From Candidatus Zhuqueibacterota bacterium (GTDB taxonomy: Bacteria > Zhuqueibacterota > Zhuqueibacteria > Thermofontimicrobiales > Thermofontimicrobiaceae): a stretch of DNA of 64,000 nt. This document shows positions 30,180 through 39,837 of the stretch, one piece after another; the first letter of the stretch is position 1, and each line of letters opens with the position of its first letter. Below the pieces are notes generated by a model, which saw only the letters and a program-made list of their open reading frames with translations, was not told the origin of the DNA and made no database searches. Location of the stretch: positions 1 to 64,000 of the forward strand of contig JBMOPW010000002.1 of NCBI GenBank assembly GCA_049322915.1, written 5' to 3'. Both the position numbers and the translations under genes were made by a program.

Positions 30180-30563
30180 ATGGGTATGTTCAAGAAAAAA
30201 GTGAAGATATCTAACAGTAAAAACCCGAACCAGTTTTTTGAAAAAGATTTCTGGGTTGATACGGGATCTCTTTATTCTTTTGTGCCAGAGGATTATCTTG
30301 AAAGAATAGATGTGGAACCATCTGTAACACGAAAGTTAATACTTGCGGACGGTCGAGAGGATACGAGGCTCCTTGGCTTTTGTGATTTTCAAATTGAAGG
30401 GTTGGAAGGCAATATCCCATGTCCGGTAATCTTTGCCCCAAAGAATTCTCTTTTCCTGCTTGGAGCAACAGCCCTGGAAAACTTTGGGGTCGATGTAGAT
30501 CCAATTCAAAAAAAGCTGAAACCTATCCTGGCGGTTATTGGAGGTTTCATCGCTTCGCAGTGA
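30180..30563 (+). CDS. Clan AA (retropepsin-like) aspartyl protease
   Basis: WVDTGS, LADG, LLGATALENFG..VDP; strong AGGAGG RBS. Confidence 0.85.
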   Translation: MGMFKKKVKISNSKNPNQFFEKDFWVDTGSLYSFVPEDYLERIDVEPSVTRKLILADGREDTRLLGFCDFQIEGLEGNIPCPVIFAPKNSLFLLGATALENFGVDVDPIQKKLKPILAVIGGFIASQ

Positions 30564-30567
30564 TCGT

Positions 30568-30695
30568 TGCCAACCCGTCATTGCACCTGACCGCAGACAG
30601 TGTGGCGGTTTTTCAAAGCTCTGTGCTCTATTAAGATTTAGTTGTTCCGCGAAGTTTTGTGGTGTATTCTGTTTGCGGTGGTGAGTTAGAATCCA
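30568..30695 (+). other. Degenerate attC-like site
   Basis: GCCAAC-CCGTCA-TTGCACCTGACCGC just after the stop codon and GCGGTGGTGAGTTAG about 100 bp later; right core imperfect. Confidence 0.35.
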
Positions 30696-30857
30696 AGCAA
30701 GTCGAAAAACGGCTGCGCGGCGTCGGAAATATGGTTTCGATAAAAGTTACCGCTGATGTAAGTCTTTATTGTGGTGATAAACGAAGGAATACCGCGCTGT
30801 CACAAGCTGTGGAATAGTCAGGCGGTTATCAAAATGTTGGTTGTAATAGGAGCAATA

Positions 30858-31787
30858 ATGAAGCTTGGCAAACTAAATCGTGTTGATCTAAGAGAATACT
30901 GGAAGCATGAAGCATTGGATTTTACTCACTGGCTCGCTGAATCAGAAAACATTGAATTGCTCGCTGATGAAGTCGGCATAGGAATTCAGATAACTCAAAC
31001 TGAGGCCAGTGTTGGCAGATTCAATGTGGATATTCTTGCCGAAGAGGAAAACACTGGCCGAAAAATTATTATTGAGAATCAACTTGAAATTACGGATCAT
31101 TCACATCTTGGCCAACTGATTACCTATGCCGCAGGATTAGATGCTGAATTTATTATTTGGATTGTCCGTGAGGTAAGAGAAGAGCATCAGCAAGCGGTTG
31201 ACTGGCTCAATGAGCATACAGATGAACAAATCAACTTCTTTCTAGTTGTTGTTGAACTATGGCAAATCGCAGATTCCCCCCCGGCTCCAAAATTCACAGT
31301 AATATCTCGCCCGAATGAGTGGAAACGTTCTGTTCGTACCAGTTCACAAGAAAGTGAATTGACTGATACAAAGACAAAACAGCTTGAGTTTTGGCAACGG
31401 TTTAAAGAATTTGTTTCAAAAAATAATCCGAAATTGAAGCTCCGAAGTCCTAGACCCCAACACTGGTTTGATATTTCGATTGGGCGAGCCGATTGTCATA
31501 TATCACTCGTTGTCGATTCTCGAGAGGATAAAGTTCGTTGTGAACTTTACATTCCCGATTCAAAAGCTCTTTATCAAATTTTCCTTTCAAAAAAAGTACA
31601 GATTGAAAATGAACTTGAGATGCCGAATTCTTTGGAATGGCAAGAACTACCTGGTAAAAAGGCAAGCCGGATAAGAACAATCAATAGTTTTCGATTTTCA
31701 GAAGACAGTACGTGGGAGCCTGCGTTCGCTTGGTTAGCAGAAGCGACCAGCAAATTTAAAAAAGTATTCTCAAAGGATTGGAGTTAA
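30858..31787 (+). CDS. DUF4268 domain protein with N-terminal PD-(D/E)xK-like domain
   Basis: LREYWKHEALDFTHWL, VDILA, IIIENQL..TDHSHLGQLITYA, QLEFW, LEWQELP.KKASRI. Confidence 0.85.
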   Translation: MKLGKLNRVDLREYWKHEALDFTHWLAESENIELLADEVGIGIQITQTEASVGRFNVDILAEEENTGRKIIIENQLEITDHSHLGQLITYAAGLDAEFIIWIVREVREEHQQAVDWLNEHTDEQINFFLVVVELWQIADSPPAPKFTVISRPNEWKRSVRTSSQESELTDTKTKQLEFWQRFKEFVSKNNPKLKLRSPRPQHWFDISIGRADCHISLVVDSREDKVRCELYIPDSKALYQIFLSKKVQIENELEMPNSLEWQELPGKKASRIRTINSFRFSEDSTWEPAFAWLAEATSKFKKVFSKDWS

Positions 31788-31969
31788 ATTGGCAGTCAAT
31801 ATCTGGAACCAGTTGCCCAAACCGCCGCGCTTCAATTGAAGTTCGGTGGATAATTGAAGGATTCGTGTGCAAAATCAATTTTTGTTTAAGAGGTTCAGCT
31901 ATTGGCATCCATGAAATATATGAATGACCAGTAAAAATTTTGGCGCCTATATTTTTATTGGACATACAC

Positions 31970-31994
31970 GTAGTGGACGGTCGCGACCGTCCAC
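31970..31994. repeat. GTAG-type REP-like palindrome
   Basis: GTAGTGGACGGTCGCGACCGTCCAC; same as positions 1-20. Confidence 0.7.
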
Positions 31995-32065
31995 CGTGAA
32001 ACGGCAAGAAGGAAATTCGATGAAGAAGAAGGAACTTTAAAATGTAGCCAATAGAAAATGATGCT

Positions 32066-32116
32066 GGGGATGGAGTCCCCCCGTGAAACCGCCCAGACCA
32101 GGCTGATGACTCCTAC
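32066..32116 (+). promoter_or_regulatory. Fluoride riboswitch (crcB motif)
   Basis: GGGGATGGAGTCCCCC...AAACCGCC...GGCTGATGACTCCTAC matches the crcB consensus, including the GGAGTC/GACTCC pseudoknot. Confidence 0.92.
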
Positions 32117-32170
32117 AACACCGATTGCTGCGCAGTGGTCTGGAACGCTTTCAAAAACGAGGACTTCATT

Positions 32171-33376
32171 ATGGAACATATTTACACACTTGCCGCCTTG
32201 TGGCTCGGATTAGCCGTTGTCTCAGCGGTGGTCGCGTACCATCTGCGGATATCCATTGCCCTGGTTGAAATTTGTGTTGGTGTGGTAGCAGCCGCAGTGG
32301 CTGGTTATTTCGGAAAGGCCGATTCACTCGGTTCCAACTCAGAATGGCTCAGGTTTTTGGCTGCATCAGGGGCTGTCCTGCTCACGTTCCTGGCGGGCGC
32401 CGAACTTGATCCTGAAGTGTTACAAAAGAAACTGAAGGAAGTAACTGTCGTAGGTCTTATTGGCTTTTTTGCCCCATTCGTGGGGTGTGCAGCTATTGCT
32501 TGGTACGTTCTGGGCTGGAATTTACAGGCCAGTTTACTTAGCGGCGTGGCGCTTTCGACCACGTCCATGGCAGTTGTCTATGCAGTCATGCTTGAAACAG
32601 GCTTCAATAAGACGGACTTCGGCAAAGGTATTCTTGGGGCATGCTTCATCAACGATCTCGGAACAGTGATCGCTCTCGGATTGTTGTTTGCCCCTTTTAC
32701 GTACAAGACTATCATCTTCATCGCGGCGACGACCCTCACGCTGTTGATATTGCCATTCACGAGCAAGTTGTTGACGCGCATCTATGCCTATCGGACTGCG
32801 GCCATCCGAACCAAATGGATCATCTTCATTCTTTTCGCATTGGGCGCCTTAGCGCTTTGGTCTGGGAGCGAGGCAGTTCTTCCCGCCTATCTCGTTGGTA
32901 TGGTGCTGGCTGAGTTCTCGAACGGAGACACTTTCTGGATTCGTCGTTTTCGAACATTGACCGTCGGGTTTCTCACTCCGTTCTATTTTCTTCGTGCGGG
33001 AACATTCGTCTCGCTGCCGGCCCTGGTAGCTGCCCCGGTCGTTTTTTTGCTATTGCTTGGGGGGAAGGTGATATCGAAGATCCTGGGACTTTACCCGATA
33101 ATCGGTCAGTTTCGCCGCAGACGAGATGAGCGATGGTATTACACGCTGATGATGTCCACTGGCCTGACGTTCGGAACAATTTCGGCTTTGTATGGGTTCT
33201 CGCACCACATCGTCACGCAGTCACAGTATTCTTTTCTGGTTGCAGTGGTTATTGCAAGCGCTGTCGTGCCGACTCTGATTGCTGGCGTTTTCTTTTTACC
33301 CCGTCATCTGCTGCCGGAACCTGAAATACAGTCAGCGATAATGCCGCAAGAAGAAGGGGCGGATGAAGAGGGATGA
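32171..33376 (+). CDS. Cation:proton antiporter (Na+/H+ exchanger family)
   Basis: About 12 TM segments; FLAGAELD, ALSTTSMAVV, ACFINDL, FLTPFYF. Confidence 0.9.
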   Translation: MEHIYTLAALWLGLAVVSAVVAYHLRISIALVEICVGVVAAAVAGYFGKADSLGSNSEWLRFLAASGAVLLTFLAGAELDPEVLQKKLKEVTVVGLIGFFAPFVGCAAIAWYVLGWNLQASLLSGVALSTTSMAVVYAVMLETGFNKTDFGKGILGACFINDLGTVIALGLLFAPFTYKTIIFIAATTLTLLILPFTSKLLTRIYAYRTAAIRTKWIIFILFALGALALWSGSEAVLPAYLVGMVLAEFSNGDTFWIRRFRTLTVGFLTPFYFLRAGTFVSLPALVAAPVVFLLLLGGKVISKILGLYPIIGQFRRRRDERWYYTLMMSTGLTFGTISALYGFSHHIVTQSQYSFLVAVVIASAVVPTLIAGVFFLPRHLLPEPEIQSAIMPQEEGADEEG

Positions 33377-33479
33377 TGCGAATCAATTATAAAAAAACGC
33401 ATTACAACTGGTCCCATCGGACAGCGGTCTACAGCCGCTGAACCGAAACGTATTCAATGTTCATCAAGGAATTGTAACT

Positions 33480-34169
33480 ATGTTTAGCATGAAAGCAAAT
33501 AAAAAGTCGGGATTCGGAAGCGTCTACTTCATGGTGCTCGCATTGGGGGTCGTCCTCGCGCTGATGGCCTATCTGAAAGCTGATATGAAAAAACTGAAGC
33601 AGCCGGCCGCGCCACGATTTGCCGAAGAGATAAAGGTTGTGGATAAAACCTATTTCAATAAGCCGATGAATTTCTGCATTTCCATGCCCAACTCGGACTG
33701 GGAGATGACCTGCGTTGATAACGTGGATTCGCTCGCGACCCAGGACGTGTCCAAAACCATTCTGGAAAACATCTACGTCCTGGCTGAGATGTACCGCCGG
33801 GATGGCGCAGACACGCTGGCGCTGGTGCAGATGGGTGTGATGCCGCTGGCCGAGCCACGAACGCCGCAAAGCCTGGCCATGCAAAATTTCGCAGAGATCA
33901 GCCAGTCGTTTTCAGCGCCGGATACGGTGCGCGTGATTCAGCCTGTGGTTTTAACGACGTTCGGCAAGTTGCGGGGCGCTTACTACATGGTGGAATTTCC
34001 GGAGTCGGTCAGGTACTCGTACCCGGTGTGGTTGGCCATGTTCGTCGTGTACAGCAAAACTTCATACTCGATCATCTGTCAGGTTCGGAGCGAAGACTAT
34101 GAATTTCTCCGAACCGATCTTGAAAAAATTCTGGAGAGTTTTCATCCTTTAAATATCAAGAGATTATAA
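33480..34169 (+). CDS. Hypothetical membrane-anchored protein
   Basis: 229-aa ORF, one N-terminal TM segment, stop overlapping the next start (TAATG). Confidence 0.65.
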   Translation: MFSMKANKKSGFGSVYFMVLALGVVLALMAYLKADMKKLKQPAAPRFAEEIKVVDKTYFNKPMNFCISMPNSDWEMTCVDNVDSLATQDVSKTILENIYVLAEMYRRDGADTLALVQMGVMPLAEPRTPQSLAMQNFAEISQSFSAPDTVRVIQPVVLTTFGKLRGAYYMVEFPESVRYSYPVWLAMFVVYSKTSYSIICQVRSEDYEFLRTDLEKILESFHPLNIKRL

Positions 34170-34804
34170 TGCGGACAATTGATCTGTCTCATCCTTTTTA
34201 TGAGGGCATGCCTCAATATCGGGAAGAGTGGTACAGTTCAGCGAATGTGCGCCGATATGCAGATCCCCACAGCGGCAAACATATTTTCAAGCTCGATCTC
34301 ATGGTCTGCAGCGGAACGCACATCAAAGCCCCGCGATTTTTTCGGGCCCAGTTGAAATCCCTGGAGCACCTGCCCCTGGATAGACTCATCAGCTACTCCA
34401 GCATTGCTCACATCAGCGATAAGCGAGCCAAGGATTTCATCACGTACGAAGACATGCAACATTTCTATATTAAACCGGGGGATGGCGTCATTATCCATAC
34501 GGGTTGGTCAGAGTTCTGGGAAAAAGGCCAGTATTACATGGACTTTCCGGTCATCACATCCGACGCTGCTGAATACTTAGCCTATGACAGGAATGTCCCA
34601 TTCATTGGCGCGGATGTGCCTTTCTCCGGCGAAGTCCAGCGGGTTCTACTCGGCAGCGACAGATTCCTGATCGAAAATCTGACCAATCTCGACATGATCA
34701 ATTTGAATCGATTTTTATTAATTGCCCTGCCCCTGAATATTTACGGCAGCTCTGCGGCGCCGGCTCGCGTTGTTGCCGTTGAGAACGAAAATTTAATCAT
34801 TTGA
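34169..34804 (+). CDS. Cyclase-family (kynurenine formamidase-like) protein with degenerate metal motif
   Basis: IDLSHP, SGTHIKAP, IIHTGWS, IENLTNL, ALPLNI.G..AAPARVVA. Confidence 0.8.
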   Translation: MRTIDLSHPFYEGMPQYREEWYSSANVRRYADPHSGKHIFKLDLMVCSGTHIKAPRFFRAQLKSLEHLPLDRLISYSSIAHISDKRAKDFITYEDMQHFYIKPGDGVIIHTGWSEFWEKGQYYMDFPVITSDAAEYLAYDRNVPFIGADVPFSGEVQRVLLGSDRFLIENLTNLDMINLNRFLLIALPLNIYGSSAAPARVVAVENENLII

Positions 34805-34880
34805 TTTGGGAAGCTGCGCTGCATCAGGGTGACACCAACAGGCTCGGATTTCATGAAAGCTAACAAGGGAATGAGCAGCT

Positions 34881-35708
34881 ATGAAACTGGCAATAGTATC
34901 CGATGAGATATCACTGGATTTCAGGGAAGCGGCGGACTATGGGTCGGAGTGGGGAATCACCGATTTTGAAATCCGAACTCTCACCACGGGCCGCGTGCCC
35001 TATGTGGCCAATGATGAGATTCGCATGATACAGGAGACCATCAGAGATTCCGAATTGAATATCTCGGCCATTTCCCCTGGACTTTTTAAAATATCGCTCC
35101 TGAATGAAGAACAATTGAAACCCCAGATTGAGGATACCATTTACGAGAGTTTTCGATTGGCCGAGCGGTTGGGCACCAGAAATGTCATCATCTTCGGATT
35201 CAAGCGATACGAGCGAGAGCCTCAATCCGATTATATTCAGGTGGTTCACATCCTGGGACGAATGGCGTCTCTGGCAGAAAAATATGGATTCAATTTGCTG
35301 CTCGAAAATGAGCCCGGCTATTGGGCGGATAACGGGGTAAATACAGCGAAAATTCTGGACGATATCAATTCCAATAATCTCAAGGCGAACTGGGATCTGG
35401 CCAATGCTGCCGGCGCCGGAGAAATTCCCTATCCCTATGGGTTTCTGGCCATCAGAAAACATATCCGCTCCATTCATGTGAAAGACTATCGCCTGAGCGC
35501 CAATGGCGAGCCTGAATATGTCATAATAGGCGATGGTATCGTGGATTGGTCTGGCCAACTCAAAGCCATCATGCACGGTTTTGATATCAAGTATATTACC
35601 ATCGAAACGCACGCCAAACCATTGATCGAAAACTCCCACCTCAGCATCCTTCGTATCATTGATTTGCTGGAGGATTTTCAACTGGATGAGAGTTTCATTA
35701 TCAAATGA
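34881..35708 (+). CDS. Sugar-phosphate isomerase/epimerase (AP endonuclease 2 TIM barrel)
   Basis: SDEIS.D, LLENE, NWDLAN, HVKD, IETH. Confidence 0.85.
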   Translation: MKLAIVSDEISLDFREAADYGSEWGITDFEIRTLTTGRVPYVANDEIRMIQETIRDSELNISAISPGLFKISLLNEEQLKPQIEDTIYESFRLAERLGTRNVIIFGFKRYEREPQSDYIQVVHILGRMASLAEKYGFNLLLENEPGYWADNGVNTAKILDDINSNNLKANWDLANAAGAGEIPYPYGFLAIRKHIRSIHVKDYRLSANGEPEYVIIGDGIVDWSGQLKAIMHGFDIKYITIETHAKPLIENSHLSILRIIDLLEDFQLDESFIIK

Positions 35709-35905
35709 CAGGTGCGTCTCTGCCAATCTTTGCGGTGCAGACAAGAAAAGCATTTAACGGTATCAGCAGCGCGTCCTCCGCGCCGAAGCAACAGCCTCTT
35801 GCTGCTGCCAGTGTCATGTATGAATATGTGCAAAATATATATTGATGGATTGAACACATCCATGGAATCAGAACAATACCAAACGATGGAAAGGAAGTGT
35901 CACGT

Positions 35906-37132
35906 ATGTCGAAATTAGCGATGCATGGTGGAACACCGGTTCGGACAAAACCATTCCCGACCTGGCCGGTCTGGGATGGCAAAGAATTGCAGTACCTGAA
36001 AGAAGTTGTGGAAAGTGGAAAATGGGGTTCGCTTCATGGCGATAAGGTGAAGACCTTTGAAGCGAAGTATGCTCAGTATCATGATGCGAAAATTGGCGTG
36101 TGCGTCAACAGCGGAACCACTGCGCTTAAAATTGCGCTGCAGGCGCTGGGCATTGGTCCCGGCGATGAGGTGATACTTCCTGCGTACACCTTTGTTGCGA
36201 CTGCCACGGCCGTGCTTGAAGCCGGCGCGATTCCTGTTTTTGTCGATATTGATCCTGCCACATACAATATTGCCATCGACGCCATTGAAAATGCAATCAC
36301 CAAACGGACAGCGGCGATTATGCCGGTGCATTTTGGCGGCAGGCCGGCTGACATGGATGCCATCATGGCCATCGCCCGGAAACGGCATTTGAAGGTGGTT
36401 GAAGATGCTGCCCAGGCCTGGGGTTCAGCCTGGAACGGGATTAAAGTAGGCGCCATTGGCGATGCCGGCTGTTTCAGTTTTCAATCATCAAAAAATATCA
36501 CGTCGGCCGAGGGGGGCATCATCCTCACCAATGACGAGGAGACCGGGAAATTCCTCCGATCCTACGCCAATTGCGGCCGTGTGGACGGCGGCGTCTGGTA
36601 CGAGCATTATTACCTCGGCGGCAACTCGCGGATGACGGAATTCCAGGCTGCGGTGCTGCACGCTCAATTTGAACGATATCCGGCACTGCAAGCAAAGAGG
36701 GAAGCCAATGCGCATTATTTGAATAACCATCTGTCAAAAATTAAAGGCATTGGGGTGATGGCTGATGATCCGCGGATAACCAGCAATTCGGTTCACCTGT
36801 ACATCTGGCGCTATCAAAAAGAGTATTTCAATAATGCGCCCAAAGAGAAGTTCATTGAAGCACTTCGCAAGGAAGGGATATTTGTGAGCGCGGGTTATTC
36901 CATCCCATTGTATGTCCAGCCGTTATTCAAAAATCTGGCGTTCGGCCCCCGCGGAAAAAGGATGGATGTCGGCGTCGATTACACAGCGTATCACTTGCCG
37001 GAGAGCGAAAAAGCCTGCTACGAAGAGGCGCTCTGGCTCCCGCAGTTCGTGATGATGGGCGATGAGGCCGATATGAAAGATATTGTGGAAGCGGTGAGTA
37101 AAATAAGGGAGAATGCCGGCGAGTTAGCCTGA
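35906..37132 (+). CDS. DegT/DnrJ/EryC1/StrS-family PLP aminotransferase
   Basis: NSGTTAL, GDEVILPAYTFVAT, EDAAQA, FSFQSSKNITSAEGG. Confidence 0.92.
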   Translation: MSKLAMHGGTPVRTKPFPTWPVWDGKELQYLKEVVESGKWGSLHGDKVKTFEAKYAQYHDAKIGVCVNSGTTALKIALQALGIGPGDEVILPAYTFVATATAVLEAGAIPVFVDIDPATYNIAIDAIENAITKRTAAIMPVHFGGRPADMDAIMAIARKRHLKVVEDAAQAWGSAWNGIKVGAIGDAGCFSFQSSKNITSAEGGIILTNDEETGKFLRSYANCGRVDGGVWYEHYYLGGNSRMTEFQAAVLHAQFERYPALQAKREANAHYLNNHLSKIKGIGVMADDPRITSNSVHLYIWRYQKEYFNNAPKEKFIEALRKEGIFVSAGYSIPLYVQPLFKNLAFGPRGKRMDVGVDYTAYHLPESEKACYEEALWLPQFVMMGDEADMKDIVEAVSKIRENAGELA

Positions 37133-37158
37133 TTTCGATTCTGTGGGACTGTTAAATT

Positions 37159-37204
37159 AAAAAGGACATCACTGCCGATTCCAGGGTGGGGTGTCCTTTT
37201 TTTT
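37159..37204 (+). terminator. Rho-independent terminator
   Basis: Stem AAAAGGACATCAC...GGTGTCCTTTT with a T8 run. Confidence 0.7.
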
Positions 37205-37290
37205 GTTGGAGATTTTTATCGCACGGACAGATAATAGTCATGAGAGAGAAATTGCGATACATTGCCAGGTAATTCTTAAGGTGTAAAAAT

Positions 37291-37324
37291 GAAAAAGCCA
37301 CAGAATTGAATCTGCGGCTTTTTC
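37291..37324 (-). terminator. Original tRNA-operon terminator displaced by islet integration
   Basis: GAAAAAGCCACAGA / TCTGCGGCTTTTTC hairpin immediately outside the duplicated tRNA 3' end. Confidence 0.65.
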
Positions 37325-37325
37325 G

Positions 37326-37337
37326 TGGCATCCCCAA
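37326..37337. repeat. att core (displaced tRNA-Glu 3' fragment)
   Basis: Identical to 46189-46200. Confidence 0.85.
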
Positions 37338-37536
37338 CAGTTATAATGTCGAACTCTTTTTATGAAGACCTAAAGAAAATATTTGATTTAGAGCCGTTTC
37401 TTCCTGTACAGTACCTTGACTTTAAGAGATTAAAACCATGTCACAGTTGCTTATAATTCCCTAATGGTAGTAGAACTATATATATATATATATATAAGAA
37501 GAACGATTTCAAAAAAAGAAAAGGACAATTGCTATA

Positions 37537-37965
37537 ATGAAAGATTCTGAAGAAAAAGAAAAATTCATTGAATGGCGCGCCAAAGGTTTTTCTTATGATG
37601 AAATCGCTAAAAGATTAAACAAATCAAAAACCACTTTGATAAAGTGGAATAGAGAATTGTCAAAAGAAATATCTAATGTGTCATTTTATATGTGTGATTC
37701 ATTAATCGAAAAATATAAATTAAGCAAGCAGGCAAAAGTAGAATATCTTGCAGAACAAATTTACAAAATAAAAGAAGCCCTTAAGGAGAAAGATTACAAA
37801 AAGCTCTCTGTTCGTGATCTAATAAGTTTACTTGAAAAATATGAAAATGAGTTACATGAAGAATTTAAAAATATAACATTTTTTACGGGTGAAAAAGAAT
37901 CTCTCGATCTATCAAATTTTAAAGAATCACTCGGAGAATTTGAAATAACAGTTAACTTGTACTAA
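37537..37965 (+). CDS. Helix-turn-helix protein with coiled-coil C-terminus
   Basis: FIEWRAKGFSYDEIAKRLNKSKTTLIKW HTH pattern. Confidence 0.7.
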   Translation: MKDSEEKEKFIEWRAKGFSYDEIAKRLNKSKTTLIKWNRELSKEISNVSFYMCDSLIEKYKLSKQAKVEYLAEQIYKIKEALKEKDYKKLSVRDLISLLEKYENELHEEFKNITFFTGEKESLDLSNFKESLGEFEITVNLY

Positions 37966-38807
37966 ACGATACTAAATTTGAACTATGGTAAATATGTCTT
38001 TTTGTGTTATAAAAGCCTTTGTCCTGTGGAGCTTTTTTATATCTTCTCGCTTGGCATCGGGAAGGGTGGGAATGGCTCGGGTGAGTTTAAATTTATAACT
38101 GTTGCACATGAGAAAATTTAATCACGGAAATAAAAGGGATTGGGTATTGATTTAGAAATTTACCTTCTTGCTTGGCATCTGGAAGGGTGGGTGGTCTTGA
38201 GTGGTGAGATTATAAAAAAGCGGAACAGGATAAGGCTGTTTTTGGTGGAGGTGGGAAAATGCAGTAAAACTACGAGAGCAGCGGGTATGCGGGTGGGTAG
38301 AGCGCTGGGCGTGGACGTGAGGAGAGGGGAGCGGAAAGACTGGGGTGGTGATGGTGCTGGGCTGGCTACCTTGTTAGCTGCGAACGATGATAGGCGGAAT
38401 TTTAGAATATTTTTTATAAGTTTAATAAAGAAAAAGCATGGTGTTACGTTTTTTGTAACACGATGCTTTTTTTCATTTAGTCAAAACATTGTACCGTTTA
38501 TTGCTGAATTAAGCATGATGCAGGAAAAGGGGAGAGGTGTCTGGGGTGATGGGGCTTCCTGCATGATGCGAAAAATAACAGTAAAGAATAATTTGAAAAT
38601 TAAATTAAATATCAGTTGACATTATAAAATAAATGATTATATTATGAGTATAAATATTAAAAAATTCTAAGTTTTTAAATCAGTTTTAAATTGTTACTAA
38701 GCGGTGAAAAAAATCCCTGAGAGTTGGATTGATTTTGGATTTGTTTTGTCGATATTGGAAATGAAACTCTTTAAAATATTAAATGTATACAATAGTGCAA
38801 TAAATAC

Positions 38808-38836
38808 TTGACAAAGACAAAATAAATTTATAGAAT
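38808..38836 (+). promoter_or_regulatory. Sigma70-type promoter for the Panacea operon
   Basis: TTGACA-N17-TAGAAT ending 9 bp before the ATG (near-leaderless). Confidence 0.6.
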
Positions 38837-38845
38837 AATATTGTT

Positions 38846-39421
38846 ATGAATATTAAAGAACAAAAAATAATAAATGGTATAAAATATTTAGTTAAGCATA
38901 CCAATAATGTAGGTCGTACGAAACTTTTTAAGCTTCTTTTCTTTTGGGATTTTATTCATTTTAAAAGATTTGGGATGGCTGTGACAGGATATGATTATTA
39001 TACCTATCCATTTGGCCCTGTACCAAAGGAGTTATATGACCAAATAACGAAAGAAAATCTACCTGTAGAATTTAAAAATGAATTTATAATAATCGAAGAT
39101 TGTGAAGATGACGATGATAATAAATTTAAAAAGTTCAAAGTAGTTTCAAGGAATACAAAAATAGATTTAGATTGGTTGTCACCAAATGAAAAAAATGTTC
39201 TCGAAGAAGTGGCATTGATATTTAAATATGCATCTGCAAAAGAAATGACAGAAATTACTCATTTGCATAATAGCCCGTGGGACAAAACGATTAAAGAAAA
39301 GGGTGAATTCCAAAAAATTGATTATTTTTTAGCAGTAGACGATGAGACGACTTTAGATATGGATACGATAAAAGAAAGGTATTATATACAAAAGGATTTG
39401 CTTAAGGATGGCAGACTTTGA
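38846..39421 (+). CDS. Panacea (SocA/DUF4065) domain antitoxin
   Basis: TKLFKLLFFWDF.HF...G..VTG..Y....FGPVP.ELY...EITH...PW. Confidence 0.85.
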   Translation: MNIKEQKIINGIKYLVKHTNNVGRTKLFKLLFFWDFIHFKRFGMAVTGYDYYTYPFGPVPKELYDQITKENLPVEFKNEFIIIEDCEDDDDNKFKKFKVVSRNTKIDLDWLSPNEKNVLEEVALIFKYASAKEMTEITHLHNSPWDKTIKEKGEFQKIDYFLAVDDETTLDMDTIKERYYIQKDLLKDGRL

Positions 39422-39818
39422 TAAGGGGCAATTCTTTCTTGATAAGGGGGCGACAAATTATCAAGGGACAAAAGGTAAATATTTTATTGGATTGAATGAT
39501 GCTGAATATGATGATGACATAATAGTCTGTTTTGTTATTAATTCAGAAAATAGAATGGAGAGACTTACGTTTAACTGTAATAGGGAAGCAAATAAATTTG
39601 TATTGAAACCTGATTCTTTCCCTTTTATAAAGCATCATTCATCTATAATGCTGGCAATACCTAACTATTATAAATTGATAGAAATGTATTTACCATCAAT
39701 TAAGCTACTGGATAAAGCAGATGAAATGATGTGTAGGCAAATAAAAAATTGTATTGATTGGTCTTATATAATCCAGAAATATCATAAAATTATAAAAGAT
39801 TGTTTTAAAAGCAAATGA
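39408..39818 (+). CDS. Hypothetical protein, putative cognate toxin
   Basis: Overlaps the antitoxin stop by 14 bp; 136 aa; KYFIGL, VCFVINS, SFPFIKHHSSI loosely PemK/MazF-like. Confidence 0.6.
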   Translation: MADFDKGQFFLDKGATNYQGTKGKYFIGLNDAEYDDDIIVCFVINSENRMERLTFNCNREANKFVLKPDSFPFIKHHSSIMLAIPNYYKLIEMYLPSIKLLDKADEMMCRQIKNCIDWSYIIQKYHKIIKDCFKSK

Positions 39819-39837
39819 CTATGATTTAAAAAAAAAT

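Noticed and set aside
37477..37496. (TA)10 microsatellite as a phase-variation switch for the HTH gene
   Set aside because: No flanking promoter elements could be assigned; AT-rich context makes it weak evidence
38140..38619. 159-aa ORF in the islet
   Set aside because: TTG start, no recognisable domain, spans hairpins and a G-skewed tract; probably non-coding
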